Below, one piece after another: positions 8,392 through 17,330 of a stretch of DNA of 64,000 nucleotides; position 1 is the stretch's first letter; the number at the start of each line of letters is the position of its first letter. Below the pieces are notes generated by a model. The model was not told where the DNA came from and did not search any database. It was given only the letters and a program-made list of their open reading frames with translations. The DNA lies in assembly GCA_943370635.1 (NCBI GenBank), contig CALRRY020000012.1, forward strand, positions 7,856 through 71,855. The letters run 5' to 3'. The position numbers and the translations under genes are program-made. The stretch comes from Variovorax paradoxus (GTDB lineage Bacteria; Bacteroidota; Bacteroidia; Flavobacteriales; Flavobacteriaceae).

Positions 8392-10485
8392 TTATTCTTC
8401 AACCATTTTGTTTCTGTTATCAACGTCTTCCCAAGTATTTTCTATTAAAGCGTACACTGCTATTCCGTTCTTTTTTAATCGAATGAAGTTGTGTTTTTTT
8501 AATGCTTTGCCTAATTTGTTAATTGTGCCATCGGTGATGTTTATTTTAGCTTTTTCAGCCAGTTTGGCTGCTATTTGCGAAGCATTGAGGAAAACATTAG
8601 CCTTTTCTCTTTGGCAAGGTTCAAACCACGTTAAAAGCAATTCTTCTTCTGGACTGTGGAGTTGGTATTGTTCGTTATTTTCGGTGATGTTTTTGATTTC
8701 TTCCTGGTCGAACCAATATCTAAAACCACTTTTGAAAAGAAACAATGCTTGTGAAAAAGCCAGATTAATATCTACATTGTGTTGGTATTTGATGCCTTCT
8801 AATTCAAAACAAAGAAACCTTCTGCTTCCTGTACTGTCGTTTAAGAACTGTGCTGTATTGACACTTCCGGCAAACGATGCCCTTCTGGGCATTGTTTCGT
8901 TATTGTGTCCGTAGGCTTTTCTCATTCTTATTTGAGTTTTTGTAATGATTTCTTTGAGTGATCCAATTTCGGAACGGTTTAAGTTTTCTAGTTCGTCCAA
9001 GTTGATTAACATACATTCTGAAAGCTGCACCAATGTATCTTTGTTGTTTGGGTTTATGGTCCCGGAAAATAGATATTCTTTCAAAGGTTTTGGAACCAGT
9101 TTTTCCACCCAAGTTGTTTTACCCAGTCCTTGCTTGCCACTGAATACAATTACCGTGTGATTGATTACTTTATCATCAAGGACACAACCCACCATTGCCA
9201 CTAACCATTTCTTGAAACATTGCTGCCAAAGGTCTTGTTTTGTAGTTGTGATTGTGTTTGCTAATTCAGTAATATAATCGGTCTTTTCATCATAAGAGGG
9301 CAAATTAAAAAAGTAATCTTCAAATGGATTGAACAGTACACAAAAATCAGAATACAATAAATTTCGTAATGAAGATAGGTTTGTTTTAATTCTACCTTTT
9401 AAACACTCTCGGAGCATTGAATTTTCTATAAAATCATTCATCACATTCCACTTTTTTTTACCAAAATATTGGAACTCTAATTTTCCAGATACTATGTTGT
9501 GCCGAAATACATATTTGTTTGATAAAAACAACTCTAAACGGTCAATTTGGGTTGGTTTTGGTTTGTCTTCGTCGTCTTCGTCAGTAGTATCTGTTATTGA
9601 AAAATTATCGTTCTTTTTGGGTTTATTAGGTTGTTCAAATTTCTCATTTTTGCCAAACTCGTGGATGTTTCCGTAGGCACTATTGACTGCTTGTGTTACT
9701 TCTTTTTCATCATATCCAAAATCTGTTAGAATATATCCCAAAGCATCGTTTAATGCAACTCCTTTTCGGTTTAGGTTGCACGCTAGTTGGTGTACGAATA
9801 CGTTGCGACTACCATTCACAAATTGTACTTTTTTTTCGGTGAAATTTACGCAATGGTTGTAAATGGCTTCGCTGTTGTCGGTTGTTGGTTGTTGGTTGTC
9901 AGTTTGAGATTGCTTCACTTCGTTCGCAATGACATCTTCTTTAACTTCACTCGCAAAGACGGTAGAGTTTTCATTGAGATACAAATTTTCATCCCAGGAA
10001 TAAAAGCATAACCTAGTTAAATCTTTGCCTGATTTGTCTATTTCTAATTTTAAAATATTCTCATAATGAGCTTGAACCTTTAGGAACGTTTCTTTATGTT
10101 CGGTTTTTGGTGTTTCTATTTTTACAAGAATTTTTAAACCATTTCCAGAAGGACTAATGAAACACGCATACGTGAACTCACTTTGTGCAGCTATACTTTT
10201 TGATTTTTGTAAATCGGTTGTACTTAATTTGTCAATATCTAAGATTATAAACTTTGAATATTCTGTTAGGAATTCTAATTTACGACCACCAACAAATTTT
10301 CCTGAAGGTGTGAATGCTGAAAGTGATTTTTTTGCTTTGTTGTATGCTTCCTCTTTCTTTTCAGCCAATGATTTACGCAAGTAAATTATGCCGGGTTTGT
10401 ACTTTCCAGTTTTAATTTCCTCCAAAATTGTTGCAATTGTTTTGTGTTCTACAACTTCGTTGAAATTCTTGAATATTGTTACCAT
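8392..10485 (-). CDS. BT4734-like/VirE-N primase-like domain + PriCT-like domain + VapE P-loop helicase (element replication protein)
   Basis: FTPSG.F, IILDID, FISPSGNGLK (BT4734-like N-terminus); GSRNVFVHQLAC (PriCT-like); GKQGLGKT Walker A, LINLDEL Walker B, RKAYG..MPRRASFAGSVN, DSTGSRRF (VapE). Confidence 0.85.
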   Translation of the reverse strand: MVTIFKNFNEVVEHKTIATILEEIKTGKYKPGIIYLRKSLAEKKEEAYNKAKKSLSAFTPSGKFVGGRKLEFLTEYSKFIILDIDKLSTTDLQKSKSIAAQSEFTYACFISPSGNGLKILVKIETPKTEHKETFLKVQAHYENILKLEIDKSGKDLTRLCFYSWDENLYLNENSTVFASEVKEDVIANEVKQSQTDNQQPTTDNSEAIYNHCVNFTEKKVQFVNGSRNVFVHQLACNLNRKGVALNDALGYILTDFGYDEKEVTQAVNSAYGNIHEFGKNEKFEQPNKPKKNDNFSITDTTDEDDEDKPKPTQIDRLELFLSNKYVFRHNIVSGKLEFQYFGKKKWNVMNDFIENSMLRECLKGRIKTNLSSLRNLLYSDFCVLFNPFEDYFFNLPSYDEKTDYITELANTITTTKQDLWQQCFKKWLVAMVGCVLDDKVINHTVIVFSGKQGLGKTTWVEKLVPKPLKEYLFSGTINPNNKDTLVQLSECMLINLDELENLNRSEIGSLKEIITKTQIRMRKAYGHNNETMPRRASFAGSVNTAQFLNDSTGSRRFLCFELEGIKYQHNVDINLAFSQALFLFKSGFRYWFDQEEIKNITENNEQYQLHSPEEELLLTWFEPCQREKANVFLNASQIAAKLAEKAKINITDGTINKLGKALKKHNFIRLKKNGIAVYALIENTWEDVDNRNKMVEE
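9874..9960. repeat. REP-like half palindrome, a degenerate second copy and four GTTGTYR heptamers, all in frame in the VapE linker
   Basis: gagattgcttcacttcgttcgcaatgac at 9906-9933 (VIANEVKQS); degenerate copy at 9940-9960 (VFASEVK); heptamers at 9874-9901. Confidence 0.7.
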
Positions 10486-10614
10486 TTAGGAGTAATTAGT
10501 GATTAGTAAATTGCTTTGCCAGTTCGCCTCAATTGAGGCTCGTGTGTGAATAGTTTTTAAGTTTGTGCCTGTCTTACAGACACAAACTTCACAAGTTCCA
10601 TTACAATCGCTCAT
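10486..10614 (-). CDS. 42-aa Cys-rich small protein (MSDCNGTCEVCVCK...)
   Basis: ATG lies 1 nt after the xis stop, and its TAA abuts the VapE ATG, filling the gap exactly. Confidence 0.55.
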   Translation of the reverse strand: MSDCNGTCEVCVCKTGTNLKTIHTRASIEANWQSNLLITNYS

Positions 10615-10615
10615 A

Positions 10616-10897
10616 CTATCGTCCTTTAAATGATTTGTTGTAATGCTCTTGTAGTAGCTTTTCAACATCGGAAAGTTTGTAGTAGATTTTGTTTCCCACT
10701 TGACTGAATGAAATTTTGCCTTCGTCTCTCCAGGTTTGAGCTGTACGTTTTGAAATTTTCATTAGTAATAGGAATTCTTGATTGTCTAAAAAGGTTTCCT
10801 TCTTTGGGTCTGCCTTGATAGAAATTTGAGATTGAATAGTGTCTAATTTGCTCATTAGATCTGTGAACTGGTCTTTTGTGAAGATAATTGCATCCAT
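10616..10897 (-). CDS. Excisionase-like helix-turn-helix (HTH_17/MerR-like) protein
   Basis: FLDNQEFLLLMKISKRTAQTWRDEGKISFSQVGNKIYYKLSDV; typical of Bacteroidetes integrative elements; likely start MDAIIF. Confidence 0.85.
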   Translation of the reverse strand: MDAIIFTKDQFTDLMSKLDTIQSQISIKADPKKETFLDNQEFLLLMKISKRTAQTWRDEGKISFSQVGNKIYYKLSDVEKLLQEHYNKSFKGR

Positions 10898-10954
10898 TTT
10901 TAAAAGTTTTAAATTGTTATGGTGCAAATGTGAGCAGTTGAAAAAAGTCTTTTA

Positions 10955-10980
10955 GTCCCCACTTGGTCTCCAGGGGACCA
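10955..10980. promoter_or_regulatory. Nested inverted repeats upstream of the xis operon; candidate operator
   Basis: gtcccc...ggggac and tggtc...gacca, a GC-rich patch in AT-rich DNA. Confidence 0.4.
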
Positions 10981-10986
10981 TTTTGT

Positions 10987-11895
10987 TTAAAGCAATTTGT
11001 CGATGTCCAGTCTTTTATGGGTGTTCGGACGTTTATCCTCTTTGGAAGGTTTGAGGATTGTTTTGACTGTTAGGGGACTTATTTCTTTACCTTCCTTATC
11101 CAAGAAGGAATTTACAATCCAATCCGCTAGATCGTTTGTGTTTTCGTCAATATAAGGTTTGCCATCAATAAAAAGTTCTCGATTTAATTGGTAAAACATA
11201 TCTACTAATTGGTTTAGATTTCCATTGAATTTTAGTTTTTTGTTTGGTTTTGGGCTGCTTAATTTTAGTTTTTGAGCTTCTTCAATTGCCGCTTGTATTT
11301 TTTGTAAGGCATAAATATTCTCTATTTCTTTGGTGCATTGTGCATCATAAAACGGTGTCTTTTGATTGATAAACTCGATATTGGCTTGTTGGTATTCAAA
11401 CATTTCTTTGGTTAGCAACAATATTTTTTGATTGTCATCATTGATATTATCCAACTGCTTTTTTAACTCATAAAATGAAAAATGACGGTCTTCACTTTCA
11501 GCATTAATGAATTTTTTAGGAGTTTTTGCAACTGGTTCTTTTACTCTCAAAGATTGCAACTCAGTTCGTTTTTTCTCGATTAAAAAATACAATTTATTGT
11601 ATCTACTCATAGCTGTTTTGGAGCTGAAAAAGGCTTCATTATTGGCTAATAATTTTTCGAGTTTACATATCCATATTTCCGGGTTCTTCACCTGGTTGAA
11701 TTGATAATCAATAAATGCAGGAAATTGAGATTGTTTGAGTTCTAGAATTTTTGCAATTAAAGCATTGCAATAGTTTTGAATGTTGATTTTTTCTTCAACG
11801 ATTATATCAAATAAAGGATTTTTGGCTAGAGCCGCAGGCACTGCCAATAATTCTACAAACGGAGCTGTTTGCATATTTTGATCCTTTGAATTCAA
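10987..11895 (-). CDS. Hypothetical element protein; position and C-terminus suggest an RteC-like regulator
   Basis: 302-aa ORF between integrase and xis; C-terminal helical domain LVDMFYQL...ISPLTVKTIL. Confidence 0.5.
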   Translation of the reverse strand: MNSKDQNMQTAPFVELLAVPAALAKNPLFDIIVEEKINIQNYCNALIAKILELKQSQFPAFIDYQFNQVKNPEIWICKLEKLLANNEAFFSSKTAMSRYNKLYFLIEKKRTELQSLRVKEPVAKTPKKFINAESEDRHFSFYELKKQLDNINDDNQKILLLTKEMFEYQQANIEFINQKTPFYDAQCTKEIENIYALQKIQAAIEEAQKLKLSSPKPNKKLKFNGNLNQLVDMFYQLNRELFIDGKPYIDENTNDLADWIVNSFLDKEGKEISPLTVKTILKPSKEDKRPNTHKRLDIDKLL

Positions 11896-12062
11896 ATTGT
11901 AGTATGTTTTTTTTGGTGTTCATTTAGTATTGAAAGGTAATTAAAAGCGTTTTTAAATTGGTTGCTTTTTGGAAGTCCTAGTGTTTTCTACTAGAGTTCG
12001 TTTATCACTCGTTTCGAATGCTTTAAAAATTACTTGTTTACTCTGTTGTAAAGTTATAAAAT

Positions 12063-12088
12063 AAAAAAAATCCTTGTTAAAGGATTTT
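12063..12088 (-). terminator. Intrinsic terminator after the integrase
   Basis: aaaatcctt-gtta-aaggatttt stem with U-tract on the minus strand. Confidence 0.6.
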
Positions 12089-12144
12089 AGTTGAAGTTAT
12101 TAACAATCGTTTAAGGTCAATAAAATAAGCACTTAACACGAAAT

Positions 12145-13362
12145 TTAAAAAATATAGTTGTCTACAGCTTTGTCCAGTTCTTCGCTGATGATTTTGGCAT
12201 ATACTTGAGTGGTGCTGATGTCACGGTGGTCCATTAATTTAGAAACGTGCTCAATTCTCATTCCGTTATTTAACGCATTGGTTGCAAAGCTGTGTCTTGA
12301 TAAATGGAAAGAAAGGTCGAAAGGTAATTTTATTTTTACTCCCATTTTTTTAAGATGCCAGTTTGCCAATTTATTAAAAGCTGCTGTTTGAAAATATCGT
12401 TTTGCTTCGCTGTTCAAATAGCCTTCTTTGTCCATAATTATCGGAAAGATAAAATCATCGTGATTGGCGTTTTCCTTTTTGTATTTTTCTAAAATATCGA
12501 TAGCCACTTTACCAATTTTGAACTGGTGTACTCTTCCAGTTTTACGAATGTGTTTGTTGATTTTATGTTCTGCTTCATTGTAATTGGAATATTGCATTTC
12601 GATAACATCACTAAAACGCAAACCGCCCGCATAGATAGAGAAAAGGAATATATCCCTCCACATCATCGCTTTTTTGCCCTCAGTTAGCTTTAAATTGGTT
12701 AATGCATCTATCTGTACTTTATTAAGAAATAATCTTTTAGAAGAGCTGATTTTGAGGGTTATTTTGCTAAAAGGAAACATAGTTTCAGGAATTACTTCCT
12801 CCCGAATTGCATCCCTGAATATGGTTCCGAGCACAATTATGGAAAGGCGTTGAGTTGTATCACCGTTGCCTAAAGTATCTCCTAAATGAAATTTATAGTC
12901 GTTTAATAAAGCTACCGTAATTTCATCAAAATATACATCCTTTGTTCCCATATATTTTTCAAATTTATCAACCTGAGAGGTGTAAGCTCTGTAAGTGGAA
13001 TAAGAAACAGTGCTTTTAATTTTCTCTAATCTCTTTCTGGCATATTCAAAAAAGTTTGGCACTTCTTTACCCTTTATGGCTTCTTTGAGCTTTTTAACCG
13101 AAACGGTTTTGATTTTACGTTCCATATCGGCAACCTGACCTTCAGCATCTGCAATCTTTTGAGATAATGCAGCATTCATCCTAGCACTGTTTGAATGGTT
13201 CTTTTTTACTTTCTGCTTTACTTCATCCCACTCGTTCTCTTTAAGCTTCACTCCAGCAGTGATAAATTTCGTTTTTCTATCTTTTATAATTCGGATATAC
13301 AAAGGGCTGTGTCCGGTTTGGTCTACCTGATGTGTTCTTAAAATTAGTTTTACTGATGCCAT
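12145..13362 (-). CDS. Site-specific tyrosine integrase (Bacteroidetes Arm-DNA-bind_5/SAM_5 type)
   Basis: LYIRIIKDRKTKFI arm domain; GGLRFSD (Arg), KTG (Lys), SFHLSRHSFAT (HxxR), HRDISTTQVY (His/Tyr). Confidence 0.95.
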   Translation of the reverse strand: MASVKLILRTHQVDQTGHSPLYIRIIKDRKTKFITAGVKLKENEWDEVKQKVKKNHSNSARMNAALSQKIADAEGQVADMERKIKTVSVKKLKEAIKGKEVPNFFEYARKRLEKIKSTVSYSTYRAYTSQVDKFEKYMGTKDVYFDEITVALLNDYKFHLGDTLGNGDTTQRLSIIVLGTIFRDAIREEVIPETMFPFSKITLKISSSKRLFLNKVQIDALTNLKLTEGKKAMMWRDIFLFSIYAGGLRFSDVIEMQYSNYNEAEHKINKHIRKTGRVHQFKIGKVAIDILEKYKKENANHDDFIFPIIMDKEGYLNSEAKRYFQTAAFNKLANWHLKKMGVKIKLPFDLSFHLSRHSFATNALNNGMRIEHVSKLMDHRDISTTQVYAKIISEELDKAVDNYIF

Positions 13363-13443
13363 AATAATAGGAATTTAGGATTGTTGTACTATATTTGTAA
13401 AGTAATGCAAACGAGTGAAAGTATTGTAAATACTAGGTTTTCA

Positions 13444-13486
13444 ATTGGGTGCATCGTGATACGAAGGTACAACATTGGGTACAACA
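13444..13486. repeat. Short direct repeats upstream of the integrase; candidate arm-type sites
   Basis: ggtacaaca at 13466 and 13478; attgggtgca at 13444 and attgggtaca at 13474. Confidence 0.45.
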
Positions 13487-13846
13487 AAACAAGTATTTCG
13501 TTGCTTTTTGTTGCTTAAAATTGCATTGTTAATTTTTATAAAGTCAATGAATACAACACTTTAAGTGCAAATGGGAGGGTTGAATGAAAAGTTGTAGATA
13601 ACTAGTATATATCCGTAAGTTTATGTAACTTTTTTCAATTTATATCAGAAAAAAAATTGATTGTACAGTTCTTATTCTGTGCTGTGGTATTTTTTTTATA
13701 AAGATATCCTTCACCCATCAAACCTTTTTACGGATTCCCGTATTGCTCAAAAAAATAAATGGGGGTATTCTTGCCAACCGGCTAATTTGTTTTTGGAATT
13801 ACTAAGATATAAAAAAAGTGATTTGTTCTTACAAAAAACTACATTT

Positions 13847-16393
13847 TTAAAAATTCAACTTCAAAAACGCATTGGGAGTCATTTCCAAAGAATAGGTATT
13901 TACCTCTTCAATGGAAGTATTGGCTGTATTGAGGCGATAAAAGCGATTAATTGTATTGCGTTGGTTCAGGAGGTTCATGATGGACACACCCAAAAATAGT
14001 TTGGTTTTTTTGCCCAATGGCATAGAGTAGGCAGTTGAAAAATTCAATTGAATATAATCATCCAAATTTTCTGCGTTGGGTAAGCTGTAGGCAATTTCGG
14101 GATTATCGGGTATATTAAAGACAGGTTCACCCGTTAACGGTACCGTATTGGGGCGGCCGGTAAACCAGCGTCCACCCAAGGCTATTTTCAGTTGTTTCCA
14201 TTCATAGGTTGTACTCATTGCTACACTGTGGTTTACTTCAAAATTATTAGCAAATTGGGGTGGAATATAGCCGTCAAAAGTGTATTCGTTGTTATTAAAA
14301 CTGTAATTGATCCAACCGGTGAACCGGTCTATTTGTTTTTGTACCAATACTTCCACACCATATACTTCGTAGGCTCCAATGATTTTGAGGAATTCCAATT
14401 GGTTTTGAAATCCTTGAGCGGAACTGGTAATGCCATTCACTTTTTTATAAAATACTTCCGGTTGGATGAGCCAATTGTTTTTTCGAAAAGTTACATTCAT
14501 CCCAATTTGATTGCTTTTTTGAATCGGAATATTGTCATTATTGGCTAGTATCCAACGTCTTTTTTCTACGCCTAAAAAGTCTTGTTGTAAATCGATGATT
14601 TGAGATGCGGTTTGGCTTTTTTGTTCACCGGAGACTTCTATTTTCAGGTGATTTGTAACGGCATAATTGAATACGAATCGCGGTTCTATCAGGAAGAGTG
14701 TCCATTTTTCAAAGTAATTGCCTCGGACTCCTATTCTTGCAAAGAAATTACCGTTTTTTGACTGATAATCCAGTTCGGCAATGGCGGCATGACTTCGGAG
14801 TACTTCTTTAACGGTTCGTTGAAATTGGGGTTGGTTTACTTCATCAAAACTGCGGATTCCGATTTCATTAAATTGGTAACCATTTTTAAAGAGCCATTGT
14901 TCCGAGAGTTGGTGAGTGTTTTTCAATCGTAAGCCATTGTCCAACACTGAATTTTCTTGAACTAAAAGCTGATTGGTTGTTACGGATTGGTTTTCGCCTT
15001 CTAATTGATAAAATGAACTGTAAAGGCTCAACTCTGTTTGATGTTTTTTGTTCCATTGGGTTTTCCACGTTAGATTTCCGCCTAATGTTCGTTGATTTAA
15101 TTCGCTTTGTTTGGAGCGTATTTGACTACCTTCTATTTTATTTTCATTAAAACTCAATTCGTTTGAAATGGCAATTCCATCCACCAAAAGCTCACTTTTA
15201 TTTCCTATTTTTTGGTGGTATTGCACCGTAAAATCATAAAAATAAAAGTCTTCAGAGCTATTGAATGCTACTCCTTGATTGTTGGTTAAATTGACTACCT
15301 CGGTATTTTGAAAAATACGTTTGAAATAGTTTTCATAGGTAGGTGATGAAGCAAAGTCAGTAAACGAGCGTCGCCCAGAAATTTCAATACCGGCATTTTT
15401 TCCTACTTTCACTTTAGTGTACACTTCGGCATTGATCATGTTTACCCCTATAGTTGAAGATGTTTCCTCAGAGAGGTCAGTACGGGATGAAATGTCGACT
15501 ACGCTGGAAACACTTTCCCCATAAAAAGCCGAACTTCCATTTTTGGCTACTTGAATGGTATGAGCTAAATTGGGATTTAAAGCCGAAATTAACCCAAAAA
15601 AGTGTCCGGTTTGATAGAGTCGAATTCCGTTCCAAAGGAATAAATTTTGGTCATGGGTGCCGCCTCTTACATTTAAATTGGCAATGGTTTCGTCGGTGCT
15701 GATAATGCCCGGTATTTGTTGCATGGTTTGCAAAACATCGGGTTCTACCAATCCGGGTAGTATGCCAAACTTTTTAGGTTTGATTTCAATGGTTCCGTCC
15801 AATTTTTTTCGTATACCGTTGGTGAGGTATTTTTGGGCTACAACTTCTTCCAATTCCTGAACGGCATAGACTAAGGTAAAGGTTGGACAGTTTTCAACAT
15901 ACATTTCTTTTACTGAAAGGGTAATTGATAGATAGCTTACATGGCTGATTTCGATTGGATTTGGAGAATAAACGGGTAATTGAAAAAATCCTTGCTCGTT
16001 TGAAACGGTAAAGGTATTGGTCCCCGAAATTCGTATGGTTGCATTGAAAATTGGTATATTTGATTCGCTATCGAGCAAATAACCACAGAGAGGTTTGTCT
16101 AATTTTTTGTTGTTGGAAATCGCAATAAGTTGGTCACTAATGAATTTAAACCGCAAATTGGTTTGGCTTTGTAAGTAGTCGAGTTTTTCTTCCAGTGTTT
16201 TTTTTGCGATGGGCCATTTTACAGTATAAATGGTAATTTCTTCTTCAATAAAATTGAATTTAAGTTGGTGTTGTTGTTCCATTTCCTGAAGGATTTCCTT
16301 GAGGGGCATAGGTTTACTGAGGTTTTGACTCATTAGACTCAAAACCCAACCTATTGTAACGAGTAGCGTTACTCTGCAATGGGATACCTTCAT
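13847..16393 (-). CDS. TonB-dependent receptor with N-terminal signalling and CarboxypepD_reg-like domains
   Basis: Plug motifs EPDVLQTMQQIPG, NVRGGTHDQN, LYQTGHFFG; C-terminal Phe; downstream of ECF sigma and FecR. Confidence 0.9.
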   Translation of the reverse strand: MKVSHCRVTLLVTIGWVLSLMSQNLSKPMPLKEILQEMEQQHQLKFNFIEEEITIYTVKWPIAKKTLEEKLDYLQSQTNLRFKFISDQLIAISNNKKLDKPLCGYLLDSESNIPIFNATIRISGTNTFTVSNEQGFFQLPVYSPNPIEISHVSYLSITLSVKEMYVENCPTFTLVYAVQELEEVVAQKYLTNGIRKKLDGTIEIKPKKFGILPGLVEPDVLQTMQQIPGIISTDETIANLNVRGGTHDQNLFLWNGIRLYQTGHFFGLISALNPNLAHTIQVAKNGSSAFYGESVSSVVDISSRTDLSEETSSTIGVNMINAEVYTKVKVGKNAGIEISGRRSFTDFASSPTYENYFKRIFQNTEVVNLTNNQGVAFNSSEDFYFYDFTVQYHQKIGNKSELLVDGIAISNELSFNENKIEGSQIRSKQSELNQRTLGGNLTWKTQWNKKHQTELSLYSSFYQLEGENQSVTTNQLLVQENSVLDNGLRLKNTHQLSEQWLFKNGYQFNEIGIRSFDEVNQPQFQRTVKEVLRSHAAIAELDYQSKNGNFFARIGVRGNYFEKWTLFLIEPRFVFNYAVTNHLKIEVSGEQKSQTASQIIDLQQDFLGVEKRRWILANNDNIPIQKSNQIGMNVTFRKNNWLIQPEVFYKKVNGITSSAQGFQNQLEFLKIIGAYEVYGVEVLVQKQIDRFTGWINYSFNNNEYTFDGYIPPQFANNFEVNHSVAMSTTYEWKQLKIALGGRWFTGRPNTVPLTGEPVFNIPDNPEIAYSLPNAENLDDYIQLNFSTAYSMPLGKKTKLFLGVSIMNLLNQRNTINRFYRLNTANTSIEEVNTYSLEMTPNAFLKLNF

Positions 16394-16397
16394 TAAC

Positions 16398-17288
16398 CTA
16401 TTCTAAGCTATATTGATTGTTACCGGTTTTGTTTATTTTTAAATGATAAGTAGTGGCAATAATATCGAGTGTAGCTTCGAGATTATCAGTTGGAATAACC
16501 CCTGTAAATCGTTGTTGAGTTGGAGGAGTTTTGATTTCTATTTCTATCTTGTATTGTCTTTTTATTTCTTCTACAACAGCGGTTAGTTGCTCTTTAGAAA
16601 ATTCCATTTGTTTTTGCAACCATCCAGGTGCAGTAAGTTGCGTTTGTTCGTCTAGAATTAGGTTGCCGCTTTCAAAAGCAACTGTTTTTCCGGGAGTTAA
16701 GATGATAAGTTGATTTTGGTAGTTAACTTGAACTTTACCTTCATAGCAAGTAACATCTAATCGATTGGCACGACTTTTCACATTGAATTGCGTACCTAAA
16801 ACAGTAACTTTACCAATTTCAGTATTTACTTCAAATTTTTTTCCTTTGGCGACTTTAAAATAGGCTTCTCCATCGAGGGTTAATTTGCGTTCGTTGTTCC
16901 AGTTCCATTTTTTGTATTCTATCTCCGAACCCGAATTGAGTAATACGGTTGAATTGTCGGGTAACAAAAATTCTGTTGTGGAACCATTTAAAGCATATTC
17001 CGTGAAATTTGCAAAATTTTTCACGGCAAAGGTAATTCCGAAACTTAAGATGACAACGGCAGCTATGTGAAGCACCACTTTTTGAATGGAAATGCTTTTT
17101 GTTTTTTTCGTTTGTAAAATATTTTGCAACATTTTATTTTCGTCAAAATCTGGTGTTTTGAGTTCAGCTGAATAGTGTTTAATTTTTTGGTAAAGTGCAA
17201 AATCTTCTGAGGCTTCAAAAGCTTTCAGCTCTTCACCTTCCAGTTCATTGTTCAGCCATTTTGCTAAGTTGTAATGTTCTTCCATCAT
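16398..17288 (-). CDS. FecR family anti-sigma factor
   Basis: LPDNSTVLLNSGS, LDGEAYFKV, TVLGTQFNV, V.CYEGKV; one TM segment. Confidence 0.92.
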   Translation of the reverse strand: MMEEHYNLAKWLNNELEGEELKAFEASEDFALYQKIKHYSAELKTPDFDENKMLQNILQTKKTKSISIQKVVLHIAAVVILSFGITFAVKNFANFTEYALNGSTTEFLLPDNSTVLLNSGSEIEYKKWNWNNERKLTLDGEAYFKVAKGKKFEVNTEIGKVTVLGTQFNVKSRANRLDVTCYEGKVQVNYQNQLIILTPGKTVAFESGNLILDEQTQLTAPGWLQKQMEFSKEQLTAVVEEIKRQYKIEIEIKTPPTQQRFTGVIPTDNLEATLDIIATTYHLKINKTGNNQYSLE

Positions 17289-17302
17289 GATGATTTTATA
17301 CT

Positions 17303-17330
17303 AAAACAAGTTGGATTTCAAATACCCTAC
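17303..17330 (-). promoter_or_regulatory. Putative ECF-dependent promoter upstream of fecR (GTAGGGTA-N13-TTGTTTT)
   Basis: The same bipartite motif with the same spacing occurs at 17895-17922 and 22269-22296. Confidence 0.7.

Larger units (their letters stand above)
1..13620 (-). mobile_element. Integrative genomic island, right arm: int, regulator, xis, primase/helicase, origin, defence cargo. Left end is outside the window; right boundary is approximate.
   Basis: Co-oriented integrase, xis, VapE and defence genes next to core-genome genes; no att core identified. Confidence 0.8.

Noticed and set aside
6562-10384. Short plus-strand and nested ORFs over the MTase and vapE genes
   Set aside because: No motifs; fully overlap long, motif-bearing genes.
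13771-13795. Fourth ECF promoter copy (gggggtattc...tttgttttt)
   Set aside because: Spacer is about 6 nt too long and no gene follows in that orientation.
13400-13846. tRNA or tmRNA as the integration target
   Set aside because: No T-loop (GTTCRA) or acceptor-stem/CCA pattern found on either strand.
13661-13999. 112-aa plus-strand ORF at the island junction
   Set aside because: Overlaps the TonB receptor 3' end antisense, TTG start, no recognisable domain; not supportable, though not disproved.
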